Shown piece after piece: positions 18,945-31,672 of a stretch of DNA of 64,000 bases; position 1 is the stretch's first letter, and each line of letters opens with the position of its first letter. The DNA lies in the NCBI GenBank assembly GCA_964035545.1, contig OZ037772.1, positions 3,315,538 through 3,379,537 of the forward strand. The letters are read 5' to 3'. The position numbers and the translations under genes are program-made. Source of the DNA: Bugula neritina. Taxonomy: Eukaryota > Animalia > Bryozoa. The notes beneath the pieces were generated by a model. It was not told where the DNA came from, made no database searches, and was given only the letters and a program-made list of their open reading frames with translations.

Positions 18945-21900
18945 CTAAAATACATAACCTTAACCAGTAAGCCAAAGAAAGATCTATTTCACTGCACTAG
19001 AATATTATTCAACTCATTAGAAATTAACATACCATTACATAAATCACATAATTGTATTTATTTTTTCAGCTTTACTTTCCAAAGTTGAACCACATGTTTA
19101 GTAACGTGTTGTTGTAATGATAATTGTATAACCTATAAATTAAAAACTTTATTTGATTGCCTAATTTTATGAATAGAATATACATCAACTTGATACTTTA
19201 ATAAGTCAGTTCACAATGAAACTAATAAACAAGTATTAGAAATAATATTTTTGTTATGTAATCCAGCACAAAACTACAGTATTTTGGTTGTTTAGTTCAA
19301 AGTTTATCAAGCAATGAATGCGCTGCCATGACCAATTAATGTACTATTATTGCATTTACATGTTCTGCTCACAGTGTGTTGGTAAGTTAAAATCGTTGTT
19401 AATTTTAGCTACTTTTGTACAGTAAATTATAAATATCATCATGGTATCAATTAGATATAGTCTGAGCATCAGCATGGCTATGCAATTAACTAGCTTTATA
19501 GCAAATTATTGCAACTGATACAAAATATTTGGCTAGTTTTTTAGTTAATTTAATGACCATATCAACTTAAATTTGAAACACTACCAGAACAAAATAATAA
19601 ATATCACTAGTAGACATAGTACTGCTAGTCTAAGTAATACTATTGATATTAGCTATTACTATTACTATTAGTATAAATATTAGTATCGAATATATAGTTC
19701 GTAGAAACTAGGATTAATACCAATTATAATAGTAATACTAATACAAGTTCATACTATTAATAATACTTATACTAATAGTGATAGTTACAATTTGAATTAC
19801 AATTATTAATATTAGTAGTATCTGTATTAGTATTACTATTACTCATAATTGATAATAATACTTATACTATAGTCAGTTACTAGAGTTTTTTACTACTACT
19901 AGTATTAGTAATACTAATAGTATCAGTATTAGTTCAACAATCTGAATCTACGTTTACTACTACTAGTACTTGTACTAGTACTAATAGTAATACTAATAGT
20001 AACAGTAATACTCCTATTCACTCATAGTCATACTGATATACTTATAGTTATAGCCTATAGCCATGGTGATAGGGACTAGTCAATGTCATAATAATAATAT
20101 TAATATTAATCCATATCTGATATCATAATGATTAGATTTAGTGGTATTAAATTTAATTCAGTTTCACCTGCGGCTTCAGTCATTGGTGATGGGGTTCCAA
20201 ATTTTAAAACTAGGATTCACCGTTACAACCAATAACCTGTAGTGTGGTCGACATGGTAACCGTAATGTATTATAAATTAAAATATTGAAGACTAATTATT
20301 TTTGCAGAGGATCGATATCTACTGGCAATTTGCAGAAGGTAGAAACTAGCGAAATGGAATAGTTCATTTGAAACTAGCTAAGTTGATTATCATTTGCAGT
20401 GTTCAATAATTACCGTTGGTTATTAGTAGCACCCGAAGAGCAACATTTATATGATTTGAGCTACGAATAACACGAATCTGCGACAAACCCGCTACTCAAC
20501 AACTTTATGCGCTATAAACTCACGCTACAAAAGAGCTTTCTCAGCCGCCGCACGTCACCAAGCTGCGCTAGCGGGCAAGTCTGGGCATGTCTAAAGTTGC
20601 TAAAATGCCAACATTCAGAAGCATTTTTTTAGTGTTCTTGAATAATAAATTGTATAAAAAGCTGAGAGATTAGTTGAAATATGTGTTTTTAACTTATTCA
20701 ATGCAATAAATAGCTTGGATTCCTATCTCCTTTAATGATCGATATTGACTCGCTAAGAGTTTTCATGTAAACCCGCAAACTACAACTTTTAACTTGACCG
20801 CAAAGCTGGAAGTACGATAAGCGTCGCCGTATTGATTTCAGGCGAATTTTAGTTGATTTCTTTCAAACTGTTGAGAAGTAATATTTGCTTCCATTTTATG
20901 TCTGTATCAGCCATCAGGGCTATCGCGATACAATTATAAATGTTCTTAATTCAATCAATATTATGAAATAATTAATGTAGGAAATTCAATTTTGACTATT
21001 TAGAATAATCTCAATCTGAATAAGTATTATTTATTTATTGTAACACTTGCACATCGTCTTACTCTTACTCTTAGTCAGATAACATAGTACATACTGATAC
21101 TCATACTGATACTGATACTCATACTGATACTCAATCCCATACTCAATCTCATACTGAGTCTGATACTCATAGTCATAGTGATAGTCTTTGCCAGATTATT
21201 GCTAGATAATTTAAGCTAGTACTAGTACTACTACTAGTAGTACTAGTACTAGTAGTACTACTACTAGTAGTAGTACTAATAATCACAGTACTAAAGTAAA
21301 TTAGTAGTACTAATAGTAATAGTATTAGAGTAATACTAATACTAATAGTAATACTACCACTAGTAGTAGCAGTAGTGCTAGTAGTAGTAGGCTACATGAT
21401 GATGATCATTATGATTATGATTATGAAGATGGTTATTACTATAACTATTATGGTATGAGTATAACTATAACTGTATTAGTATTTGGTTTTATTTTGCATT
21501 GCTAATTGAAGACCATGCGTTAAAATTAACTGTTTCTCTCTTTTCTAAATTACATTTCAAGTTGCACACTACTAGACATATATGCTTTCAATTTTTTGGT
21601 CTATCTTCAAGTTGTGAAACTTGACCAGTATGACTACGACTAACTGTAACTAGAATAAAATATTGAATAATAGAGAAGTTCCATACTGTTACACCTCCTT
21701 TGACTTGTGCTACCGTCGGTAGTGCTAAAAGAGTGGAGCCAAAAAAAAGCATCATCACAGAATTCACAGCCTGCTGGTTTGAGATTTTTGTGGTCTAGAG
21801 ATTGTACTGGGTTACAGAGATCTTTTTCCGTCTGTGAATTTTTGATCCCTGCGGTTGTCTCTGACTGTGAGTAGTTGGAGGTGTTGAGGGAGTGGGCTCA

Positions 21901-23094
21901 CTTGGTAGGCTATATTATTGTAATCATATTAACCAACTTGACAGTTTACTAATTCATTGTCTAACTCTGTCTGTCTTAGTCTAGTAACACTATTTATTTA
22001 TTTATTTACTTATTAATTTAATTAAATTACTAGTTTATATTACCAAGTTATATTACTAGTTTATACTGCTAGTATTCAACAACTATTCTCCATCACATCT
22101 CAACTCTGACGCAACTACACTGACTAAACATCGGTATAGTTTATAGTTTATGTTGAACTCTTCAGACCCTGAGATATGTGCGTGTGGCTTCACCTGCGAG
22201 TGTGGTGCCTGTGTTGGGGTATGTGACCTTGACAGAGACTGTGGGAAGCTGCAGATCTGTTTGGAGAAAAGATGTTATCAGCAGGCCTCACCAGATGACA
22301 GAACAGTTGTCTGGGATCTTTATCACTCAGAACTAGTAGAATGTTCTTCAGGTTTGAATGCGAAATCTTTGTTTTAAACTCTATTAGAGTTTAAAAGTGT
22401 TGCTTTTTGTTGTATTTATATCTGTGCTGGCCAGGATTTTTGAATGATTTTTGTAATGTATTTACATAACAGAGTGTAACCTTAAAGCTGAATTTGCTTT
22501 ATATTCTACATATTTTGGTTTGTGATTTTTCAGTAGAAACGAGGCATCACACTTGGTGTGATTATCAGCATTTTTTGCAGGTGCTTCTATCCGTGTACAG
22601 CCTGTCCTAGTGATGGACAAATCTGTCACCATGGTGTCTGTAAAGAGGGCTGTCAGGTGAGTAGTCGCTATGACCTACACTGCGAGTTATTGATGACTTT
22701 CATACTATGAGTTGTGACTGCCTACTATAATTTATACTGCGAGTCCAAGTAGCTGCTGTAACTTATGCTGTGAGTCATGACTAACTGAAATCACTTATAC
22801 TGTGAGTCATGACTAACTGATATCACTTATACTGTGAGTCAATTATCAAAAATAGCAAAGAAGTAGAGACATGTTGTGTATGTGAGATATGTGAGGTTAT
22901 TTAGTGACTAGTTCGCTATTTATAGAGTTTTGTTTCTATTAATAGACTGTACTGAAAATGAACAATGTGGATCTGAGTTTACTGAATGCATATCCAACAT
23001 ATGCTATCAGCTTTATCCTCTCAACAATCCAGATCTTTCTGATGCTGAGCAGGACAGACTCTTTGATGATCGGCTGGATCTACAGAATGATGGT

Positions 23095-24085
23095 AAGTTA
23101 CTCTGTTAGTACAGTTACTCTGTTAGTACAGTTACTCTGTTAGTATAGTTACTCTGTTAATATAGTTACTCTGTTAGTATAGTTACTCTTTTAGTACAGT
23201 TACTCTGTTAGTATAGTTACTCTGTTAGTATAGTTACTCTGTTAGTACAGTTACTCTGTTAGTACAGTTACTCTGTTAGTACAGTTACTCTGTTAGTATA
23301 GTTACTCTGTTAGTATAGTTACTCTGTTAGTACAGTTACTCTGTTAGTATAGTTACTCTGTTAGTATAGTTACTCTGTTAGTATAATTACTCTGTTAGTA
23401 CAGTTATCTGTTAGTATAGTTACTCGGTTAGTATAGTTACTCTGTTAGTATAGTTACTCTGTTAGTACAGTTACTCTGTTAGTATAGTTACTCTGTTAGT
23501 ATAGTTACTCTGTTAGTTTAGTTACTCTGTTAGTATAGTTACTCTGTTAGTACAGTTACTCTGTTAGTATAGTTACTCTGTTAGTATAGTTACTCTGTTA
23601 GTATAGTTACTCTTTTAGTACAGTTACTCTGTTAGTATAGTTACTCTGTTAGTACAGTTACTCTGTTAGTACAGTTACTCTGTTAGTACAGTTACTCTGT
23701 TAGTATAGTTACTCTGTTAGTATAGTTACTCTGTTAGTATAGTTACTCTGTTAGTACAGTTACTCTGTTAGTATAGTTACTCTGTTAGTATAGTTACTCT
23801 GTTAGTATAGTTACTCTGTTAGTACAGTTGCTCTGTTAGTACAGTTACTCTGTTAGTTTAGTTACTCTGTTAGTATAGTTACTCTGTTAGTTTAGTTACT
23901 CTGTTAGTATAGTTACTCTGTTAGTACAGTTACTCTGTTAGTATAGTTACTCTGTTAGTACAGTTACTCTGTTAGTATAGTTACTCTGTTAGTACAGTTA
24001 CTCTGTTGGTACAGTTACTCTGCTAGTACAGTTACTCTGTTAGTATAATTAATCTGTTAGTACAGTTACTGTTAGTATAGTTACA
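23095..24085. repeat. Minisatellite, 17-bp unit AGTTACTCTGTTAGTA(C/T)
   Basis: About 58 tandem units starting at a splice donor. The paralog 61843-62120 has about 16. Confidence 0.95.
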
Positions 24086-24208
24086 GTAACAGTTTGCTAG
24101 TCATAATAACTTTCACTGTTAGTTGCTTAACAAGTTATTCTACATCTCTTGTAGCCACAACCAAAGTGGTGTCTATATATCCTGCTAGTGACTTGAGTAA
24201 TGACTCAT

Positions 24209-24664
24209 ATGTAATTGTAATTAATTACATATCTAATGTAATTGATTTTTGCAATTACTTTACAATTACATCTCAATTACTTTAAACTTTTAAATCTTAA
24301 AATCTTAAGAAATTTATTTTTTTTCAGCATGACTACTGTTAAATAACAAGTACAGATTAAGTCAATGTAGTATAGTATCACTTTTGCGAACAAAGCATGT
24401 TCACCCCTGTCAAAATTGCCCCTGCTAGGTGGACCCTAGAGGTGAAATTGCATAACTTCCATTTGTCCTTTGTGAGAACAAAAGTAATTGTAATTGTAAT
24501 TATTTGCATTGCCATGTAATTGTAATTAATTGCTTTACAATGTAGTTTTGTACTGTAATTAATTACATTTATTTCAACTGTAATTATAATTATAATTGTA
24601 ATTGACAAATTATCATGTAATTGTAATTAATTACATTCACATGTAATTGACCCCAACAAACCTG
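24209..24664 (-). mobile_element. One-ended hAT MITE fragment (AATTAC-rich family)
   Basis: Reverse-complement homology to 58463-59610; ends ...AATTGACCCCAACAAACCTG. Confidence 0.8.
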
Positions 24665-25269
24665 GTTTATTATGGAGCTCATACTTTTATTGTTCAAGGT
24701 CTAGATGTATTCTCCACCATGTTTTTACTAGAAGTAAACTTTAATTTGGTAATAAGTATAAAATAAACTGTTGTTTCGCATTGTACAGTTTACTATTGCC
24801 TGAATATTGTATTGAGAATATTGGCTTAACCATTCCAGTGCAGCGATGTGATTGGCCTGACAATATCAAAGTAGTGATGTGATTGGCTACTCTGTTCTGT
24901 TCTGCAGGGCCATGCCTACTTGTATTATGTGTTAATCTTGTTTTGCAGTGAACAGAAAGGGATAATGGGTCCCAAAAGACACCCGGGATCTTACCATGGA
25001 GAGGAAGGGTTCACCCGATGTTGATGGCCTGCCTGGTATATCCGGCAATCCTGGAGATGCAGGAGAAAGGAGACCACCTTGTTTTTCAGGAGATACCGGA
25101 CTTTTTGGAGAACCAGGTAATGTTTATGCTCAATTGAGTTTAATCTGTCAAGTTATATTGGGATCTTTTTCGTTTTCGTTATTTTATGTTTGTTACGTGG
25201 AAAAAGGAAAAAACTCTGTCTTGGAGCATTTTGGTTTTTTCAGAGAGCTTTGGATTATTTGATTATGGT

Positions 25270-25505
25270 CTACACAGGGGTGTAGACAAACTAAACTAGA
25301 CAGGGGTGTAGACAGACTAAACTAGACAGGGGTGTAGACAGACTAAACTACACAGGGGTGTAGACAGACTAAACTAGACAGGGGTGTAGACAGAATAAAA
25401 TACACAGGGCTGTAAACAGACTAAACAACACAGGGGTGTAGACAGACTAAACTACACAGGGGTGTAGACAGACTAGACTACATAGGGGTGTAGATGGACT
25501 AAACT
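25270..25505. repeat. Minisatellite, 26-bp unit CAGACTAAACTACACAGGGGTGTAGA
   Basis: About 9 units; about 3 in the paralog at 63888-63965. Confidence 0.9.
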
Positions 25506-25827
25506 TACTACGAACGTATAACTACCCTGTGTCATGCTGTCATGACGTCTCTATTCTCTCCTTTAATTTGACTTTTATTTAGCGAGCAGATTTTTAGTAG
25601 GCTATACTATAGTGACCAGTCACACTGTTTATTATAGCAACATAGAAATCAAGTTGAAAACTAGTTGCACCTGTTGTGATGCTATCAATGGGTGCTTACA
25701 GGTAGAGACGGAGTACCTGGACCTGTTGAGATCGGATATCAGGGTAAACAAGGAGATCAAGGTCCTGCAGGTAAGAATGAGGAGTTACTCACCCTTGCTT
25801 GTGTATTTCTGTTCTTTTTAGGTATTC

Positions 25828-26066
25828 TATAATATGCTGGGGTTTCCCTCACAGCTATTATATATGCTGGAATTCCCCTCACACCTATGATATATGCCGG
25901 GGTTTCCCTCACAGCTATGCTATATGCTGGGGTTTCCCTCACAGCTATTATATATGCTGGAATTCCCCTCACACCTATGCTATATGCTGGGGTTTCCCTC
26001 ACAGATATTCTATATGCTGGGGTTTCCCTCACAGATATGCTATATGCTGGGGTTCTCCTCACAGCT
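25828..26066. repeat. Minisatellite, 30-bp unit TATATGCTGGGGTTTCCCTCACAGCTATGC
   Basis: About 8 tandem units in a collagen intron. Confidence 0.92.
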
Positions 26067-28125
26067 AGTCTGCACTAAGGCAGGGAGTAGGCTAAGTAAT
26101 CATATTGAATCCCAGCAGTGCTTGTTATTTCAACTGGCAGGATTACTGTGTATGATAGTTACTCTGACTGGTTTTCATGGATCATTTTTACCATATTGTT
26201 TGCCACATGATGCATTGTCTTAGTAAAAACAAAAAAACAAAGAAATATACCAGAAATGTTGAGAAATGTGGTGTTCCAGAATTAATAAATGACCACTTGT
26301 AATGCATACTGGTGCTGCTTGGTTCATAGGACCTGTCGAACAAGCTGGAGAACCTGGTCTGGATGGCAGAAATGGAAAGACAGGAGAAACTGCACGAACT
26401 GGTATGCCTGGTCCAACCGGCTCAAGGGGGGTCACTGGAAAACCCGGATCTGATGAAAGGTATTTTTTGTGCTTTACTCTACCCTATTCAGCTTCTTAGA
26501 ACTTTTTATTTGATTTAGTTTTTATAATTTGTTGTCAATTTTTTCAGAGACGGTTTACCTGGAGTACTGGGTGCTGATGGTAGACCTGGGGAGCAGGGTG
26601 ATCAAGGACCTCCTGGCTCCATGGGTCCAGTGGGAATCCCTGGTAACCAGGGACCTGAAGGTGCTCAAGGAGACAAGGGTGATAAGGCAGGAACATTCTT
26701 TATTCAGTTTTCTATTTATTTCAGTTCTCTGGTTTTCCACTAGTCAATCCTGTAGTTGTTTATTTGTTTTAGTTTATTTATGTTGATACTAAAGTTGCTT
26801 CAGTGACATCACTTCATGTAATATATTACATAACAGTACAGTATAATACACCATAATATAATATGTTATACAATACAATAATATTACAGAAATTATAATT
26901 CACTAATATCTCACAGTTAAGTTGTGTCTCCTAAATATATTTATTACTATAGGGGCCAGCTGGGCCACAGGGTGCTTCTGGACCAACTGGATTGTTTGGG
27001 CCAACTGGTCCTCAGGGACCCCACGGAGCTTCCGGGAATTCCCGGCGAACAAGGACCTAAAGGTATGAATTAAGTTGAACCAATCGTTGACCTTAGTTAT
27101 TGGCCATCAACAGAATCTTGACTCTAAGAGTTATCCTACTTGGTAAGAAGGTAAGGCAACTCCTAACTCATGATAATATGAATATCATCTGCTGTTGTAA
27201 GACCCACTGGTTTCCAGGGACCTCAGGGATTCCTCGGAGCTCCTGGTGTTGATGGTTAAAGGGGAGATGTTGGATCAGTTGGCATTGCTGGACCACCCGG
27301 GCTACGGGGTGCTGATGGCAAAGAAGGAATTACTGGTTCTCCTGGTGCTATGGGTGCTATGGGACCACCTGGACCTGATGGTGCTAAGGTAAACACTTAC
27401 ACTGTTAACAGGTTATTGTTATTCATCTTGTTGGTTTAGTGGTAATAAACCAATAGTTTGTATTTCTAGGGTGAGCAAAGGAGAGATGGGGAAATGGGTA
27501 GTCCTGGCAGACCTGGACTTCCTGGTGAAGCCCCAGTATTTGGTTAGTTATTAGCAAAACCAAGTTATTGTTCATTACTTGTATCTTTTTCATTCTCTTC
27601 CAACTGTGTATTGGTAATATTTTGGGAATTTCATCCATAGCCTGTGATTGAAGCTTTTATTTTATTCTACCATGGTTATGTTAGGTGCGCCCCCTATGAT
27701 GATGAGTGCAATGATGTCCAACGGTAAAGGTGTATAAGCTGATGATGCAGGCGCCAACAATGAGCTCTATAATATGTACCTCAGTGAGTAATGGCCATGA
27801 TGTGCTTTGATGTTGCCCGATTTGTAGCAGAAAAGCTCTTTTAAATAGTGTTTTGGAACTCAAATGACGGACCTGTTTCAAATTGTGTGTATGTTTAATT
27901 TACAGACAAACAATTTTATAATTAACTGTTAGAAACTATTGTAATAAAAATAGAGACAGCTGTTATAATGTATTTCTCCTCCTAGCATTAATGATTGACA
28001 TTCTTTTTTGATGAGTCACATATTTAGTTCGTTTCCCCAGTTAAATGTTGCTACATTCTGACATATTATATAATGTTGATTTATTGCTGTTAGCTTACAT
28101 CACTACTTCCACTTTATTTCTCTAG

Positions 28126-29844
28126 AAACAAAAGTAAGGGACGGGTCTAAAGACAGCCCTGTTAGAGACTGTAGAGAACTCCTCACTGAAAACCCAGAGT
28201 TCAAGAGTGGAACTTATTGGGTGAGAGAAGATGCTGATATGTTTCTATTTTCTCTGCTCAGAGGAAATCTGCATCCAAGTCTAATGACTGAAATTCTGTG
28301 AACATGTTTTACATTCTACAATTGCTACTCCTGAGATGTCAATATAATGTCATGTGAAGTTTCTACAGATATTTAATGAATTGTTGTTTAGGAAGAAGAG
28401 TTTTTCTATGAGTTGCCTGTAATATATAATTCTGTAGATTCAACAGCTGAACATGTTTTAGTAGTTTTATTTGATATTAGCATTATGTTGGTGTGAAATA
28501 GAGAAGTTGTATTCTCTATTGTTTGTTGTCAGGTGGATCCAGATGGTGGCTCCATAGCTAATGCTATCCAGGCTTACTGTCGCAAGGAAATGAAGAGCAC
28601 TTGTATCAATGCCAAGACCTCCGAGTTTGCCACCAAATCGTATGTCACCCAGCAGCTAGATAATCAGCCATTCGTTGCTAAACACATGGGAACAACAATT
28701 GTGAGTGTTTATCTTGCATCAACCATGACTTTCTCAGTAATACTTGAGAATATTCAAAAGTTTTATGTTGAGAATTGTCGCTATAGTAACATATTTGTTT
28801 ACTGTATGGATGTTGATAAGTGTTGCTATAGTAACATGTTGGTTTCCTGTATGGATGTTGATAAGTGTTGCTATAGTAACATGTTGATTTCCTGTATGGA
28901 TGTTGATAAGTGTTGCTATAGTAACATGTTGATTTCCTGTATGGATTGTAGTTTGAGTATCAGGCAGAGTTTTCCCAACTCAACTTCCTTCAAATTCACT
29001 CTGAGAGAGCAAAGCAAACCCTGACTTACAGGTAATAGTCACTGCTAGCAGCTTATCAAATAGTCACTAGTTGCTAGTCGCTAATCAGGTAATATTCACT
29101 ACCAACAGTTTACCAAATAGTCACTAGTCAGTATTCACTAGTCACCAGTTGCTAGTCACCAGTTGCTAGTCACCAGTTGCTAGTTGCCAATCACCAGATA
29201 CTAGTCCTCTACTATGTTGCAAATCACTTGATAATCTGAACAATCACAGGCTTCTTCTTAAGCTGAGCGAGTTGTTGGTATGTCTATTCCTTTTGCTGAT
29301 TGTAGATGTATAAACTCAGTGGCGGTAGAAGACGCATACGGTAGGAAGAATAAGTCAGTCATTTTATATACAGCTGGTGATAAAGAATACACAGCGACAG
29401 ATAGCAGGTTTCAATATTCAGTGCTGCAGGATGATTGCAAGGTATGTAAATGTGACCTATATAATGTAAATCTGACCTATATAGTGTAAACCTGATCTAT
29501 ATAGTGTAAATCTGACTTTTATAGTGTAAATATGACCTGCATATGCACATGATTGCGATAGTTGCATCTTTTGTTCTATTAATTTACTGTGGAGCTTGCT
29601 TTTGAGGCTTGCAATAAATTTTTACGAGTTCAACCCAAAAGCCACTTTGAGTGCTGTACGAGTTTAGAGTTTTGAGTTTGCCGTCTGCCATTTTGTAGTA
29701 TGCCAAATCATCAGAAGCTCAGACAGTGATTGAGATGACACCAAGACCGCCACCCACTTGCCTATTATTGACATTGCTCCTGGTGACGTTGGGACAACCC
29801 ACAAAGAGTTTGGGGTTCAGCTTGGAGAAGTCTGCTTTTCATAG
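28126..29844 (+). pseudogene. COLFI C-propeptide exons (28126-28220, 28533-28700, 28951-29031, 29306-29441, 29699-29844)
   Basis: DGSKDSPVRDCREL...SGTYW / VDPDGGSIANAIQAYC / QLNFLQIHSERAKQTLTYR / CINSVA...YSVLQDDCK / [12 protein letters not shown]...[11 protein letters not shown]. 1-nt frameshift near 29740, AATAAA near 30004. Confidence 0.9.
28778..28946. repeat. Intronic 45-bp tandem repeat
   Basis: GTATGGATGTTGATAAGTGTTGCTATAGTAACATGTTGATTTCCT repeated 3-4 times. Confidence 0.9.
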
Positions 29845-30558
29845 ACTCATATCTAACAACAGTTTTACTTGGCTGATTTTTTAAAACTGTCCCTGATTAG
29901 AGAATTAGTGGCCAATCAGAGAATGCAATCAATGTTAGTTGGCTGAGACCAGCAGTCTGATTTTTATATAACCTAATTGTAAATGAAAGATTTGATTACT
30001 CTAAATAAATTTATCCGAGACTTCCAAGGCAGTGATGGTGATTTTTGCACATATAAATTTGAAGGAGTTTAGCTATAGGGTTTATACTGTTTTTTTAATT
30101 ATTCCACCATAACCTGAGATTGTGAGTAGTGATTCTAGAATGAGATAGGAAGGGTGTAAAGCCCCTCCCTATGACTTTATATATTTAGAAACTGTTGTTA
30201 ATTTAGTAATTCTGTTGGTGCTACATTTTTAAATTCATTCAATCCAATCATTTCTCTGATATTGCAAAATACATTTTACCATAAGGTGCTACACAACTTA
30301 TTTCTCAGCTTGTAGATTTCATCATCAAAATTATTATAGTACAAAAGTTGGTCACAGATTTCTGATAAGCTGCAGTTTTCAGATCTGATTATTTAACCTA
30401 TTCATCCTGAAATGAGACATTGTTAGTTTAAAATGGAATTTAACATATATTTTAGTTACTTAGTTCCAACTGTGTTGACCATATCAACATTTTAAATTTT
30501 ATTTTGGATGCTATGAAGTATATAAGCAAATGGCATTAAGTTATTAATATATAATAAG

Positions 30559-30890
30559 GTTTGCAAAGACTTGATATACCAAGCAACTGTGACAAGACAT
30601 GACAATAGCTCCAGCCAATCATACATAAGAATTTGTTCAACTACCTTCAAAGCCAGACTCAACAACCATAAAGCCTCTTTCCTACATGCAGATAAAGCCA
30701 ACAACACACAACTCAGCAGACACATCCGGAATTTAGAACAAAAACAACACGAAATTCAGCCTAAAATGGATCATTTTAAAAATTTGTAAATCTTACTCAA
30801 AACCTAATCAACAGATGTAACTTATGTAGCTATGAGAAATATGTAATTTTGAAACAATCGGAGTTATCCACTCTCAACAAACGCAAAGAG
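30559..30890 (+). mobile_element. Penelope-like element GIY-YIG endonuclease relic
   Basis: IYQATVT...SYIRICSTTFKARLNNHKASF...TQLSRHI, then after a frameshift CNLCSYEK...LNKRKE. Confidence 0.8.
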
Positions 30891-31094
30891 CGAAGTGTGA
30901 GAATTCCACACTAGCGACCTGCCACACACAGTGCGTGTGTTGCGAGTGCAAAATATTATTAGCAAATGATGTTAGCGTTAAACTTTACTGCTCGCCTACA
31001 GACGTTTGTTTTTAAACAGCGTCACCGGGCAAAGTTATTTGGATATTATAAAGGCGGAAATGTAAAATATATAAAACTGTTTTAATTCAGCTCA

Positions 31095-31672
31095 GTATAT
31101 TATGTCATACAGTATATTATGTTATACAGTATACTATGTTATACAGTATAAATTATGTTATACAGTATATTATGTTATACAGTATACTATGTTATACAGT
31201 ATACTATGTTATACAGTATATTATGTTATACAGTATACTATGTTATACAGTATACTATGTTATACAGTATATTATGTTATACAGTATACTATGTTATACA
31301 GTATACTATGTCATACAGTATACTATGTTATACAGTATATTATGTTATACAGTATACTATGTTATACAGTATATTATGTCATACAGTATATTATGTTAAA
31401 AAGTATACTATGTTATACAGTATATTATGTTATACAGTATATTATGTTATACAGTATATTATGTTATACAGTATACTATGTTATACGGTATACTATGTTA
31501 TACAGTATACTATGTTATACAGTATACTATGTTATACAGTATACTATGTTATACAGTATATTATGTTATACAGTATATCATGTTATACAGTATATTATGT
31601 CATACAGTATACTATGTTATACAGTATATACTATGTTATACGGTATACTATGTTATACAGTATATTATGTTA
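31095..31672. repeat. Minisatellite, 17-bp unit TATGTTATACAGTATA(C/T)
   Basis: About 34 tandem units; explains the repetitive ORFs. Confidence 0.95.

Larger units (their letters stand above)
13557..20731. mobile_element. Kolobok-type DNA transposon (decayed)
   Basis: TTAA at 13553-13556 and 20732-20735, single TTAA at the paralogous empty site (about 57953). Imperfect TIR core TAGGAATCCA, internal 19-bp inverted repeat TGACGTGCGGCGGCTGAGA (16280 and 20539), KolX-like relic inside. Confidence 0.78.
22166..29844 (+). pseudogene. Fibrillar collagen-like pseudogene, copy 1 (Cys-rich exons, Gly-X-Y exons, COLFI domain)
   Basis: Cys-rich exons 22166-22351, 22581-22657, 22946-23092. Gly-X-Y exons about 24949-25116, 25702-25770, 26330-26459, 26548-26689, 26953-27062, 27201-27388, 27470-27542. 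In-frame stops (VDG*RG near 27257, GKGV*ADD near 27735), Gly losses and frameshifts. Confidence 0.88.

Noticed and set aside
21686-21800. Minus-strand exon-like segment KISNQQAVNSVMMLFFGSTLLALPTVAQVKGG (also near 59990-60100), faintly like an amino-acid transporter first helix or a signal peptide
   Set aside because: Single short segment, no partner exons found, similarity too weak to call by eye.
23095-24085. CRISPR-like array
   Set aside because: Head-to-tail units with no unique spacers, no cas genes, eukaryotic context.
28533-29024. 163-aa ORF as a stand-alone gene
   Set aside because: A COLFI exon read through its donor site into an intronic 45-bp repeat.
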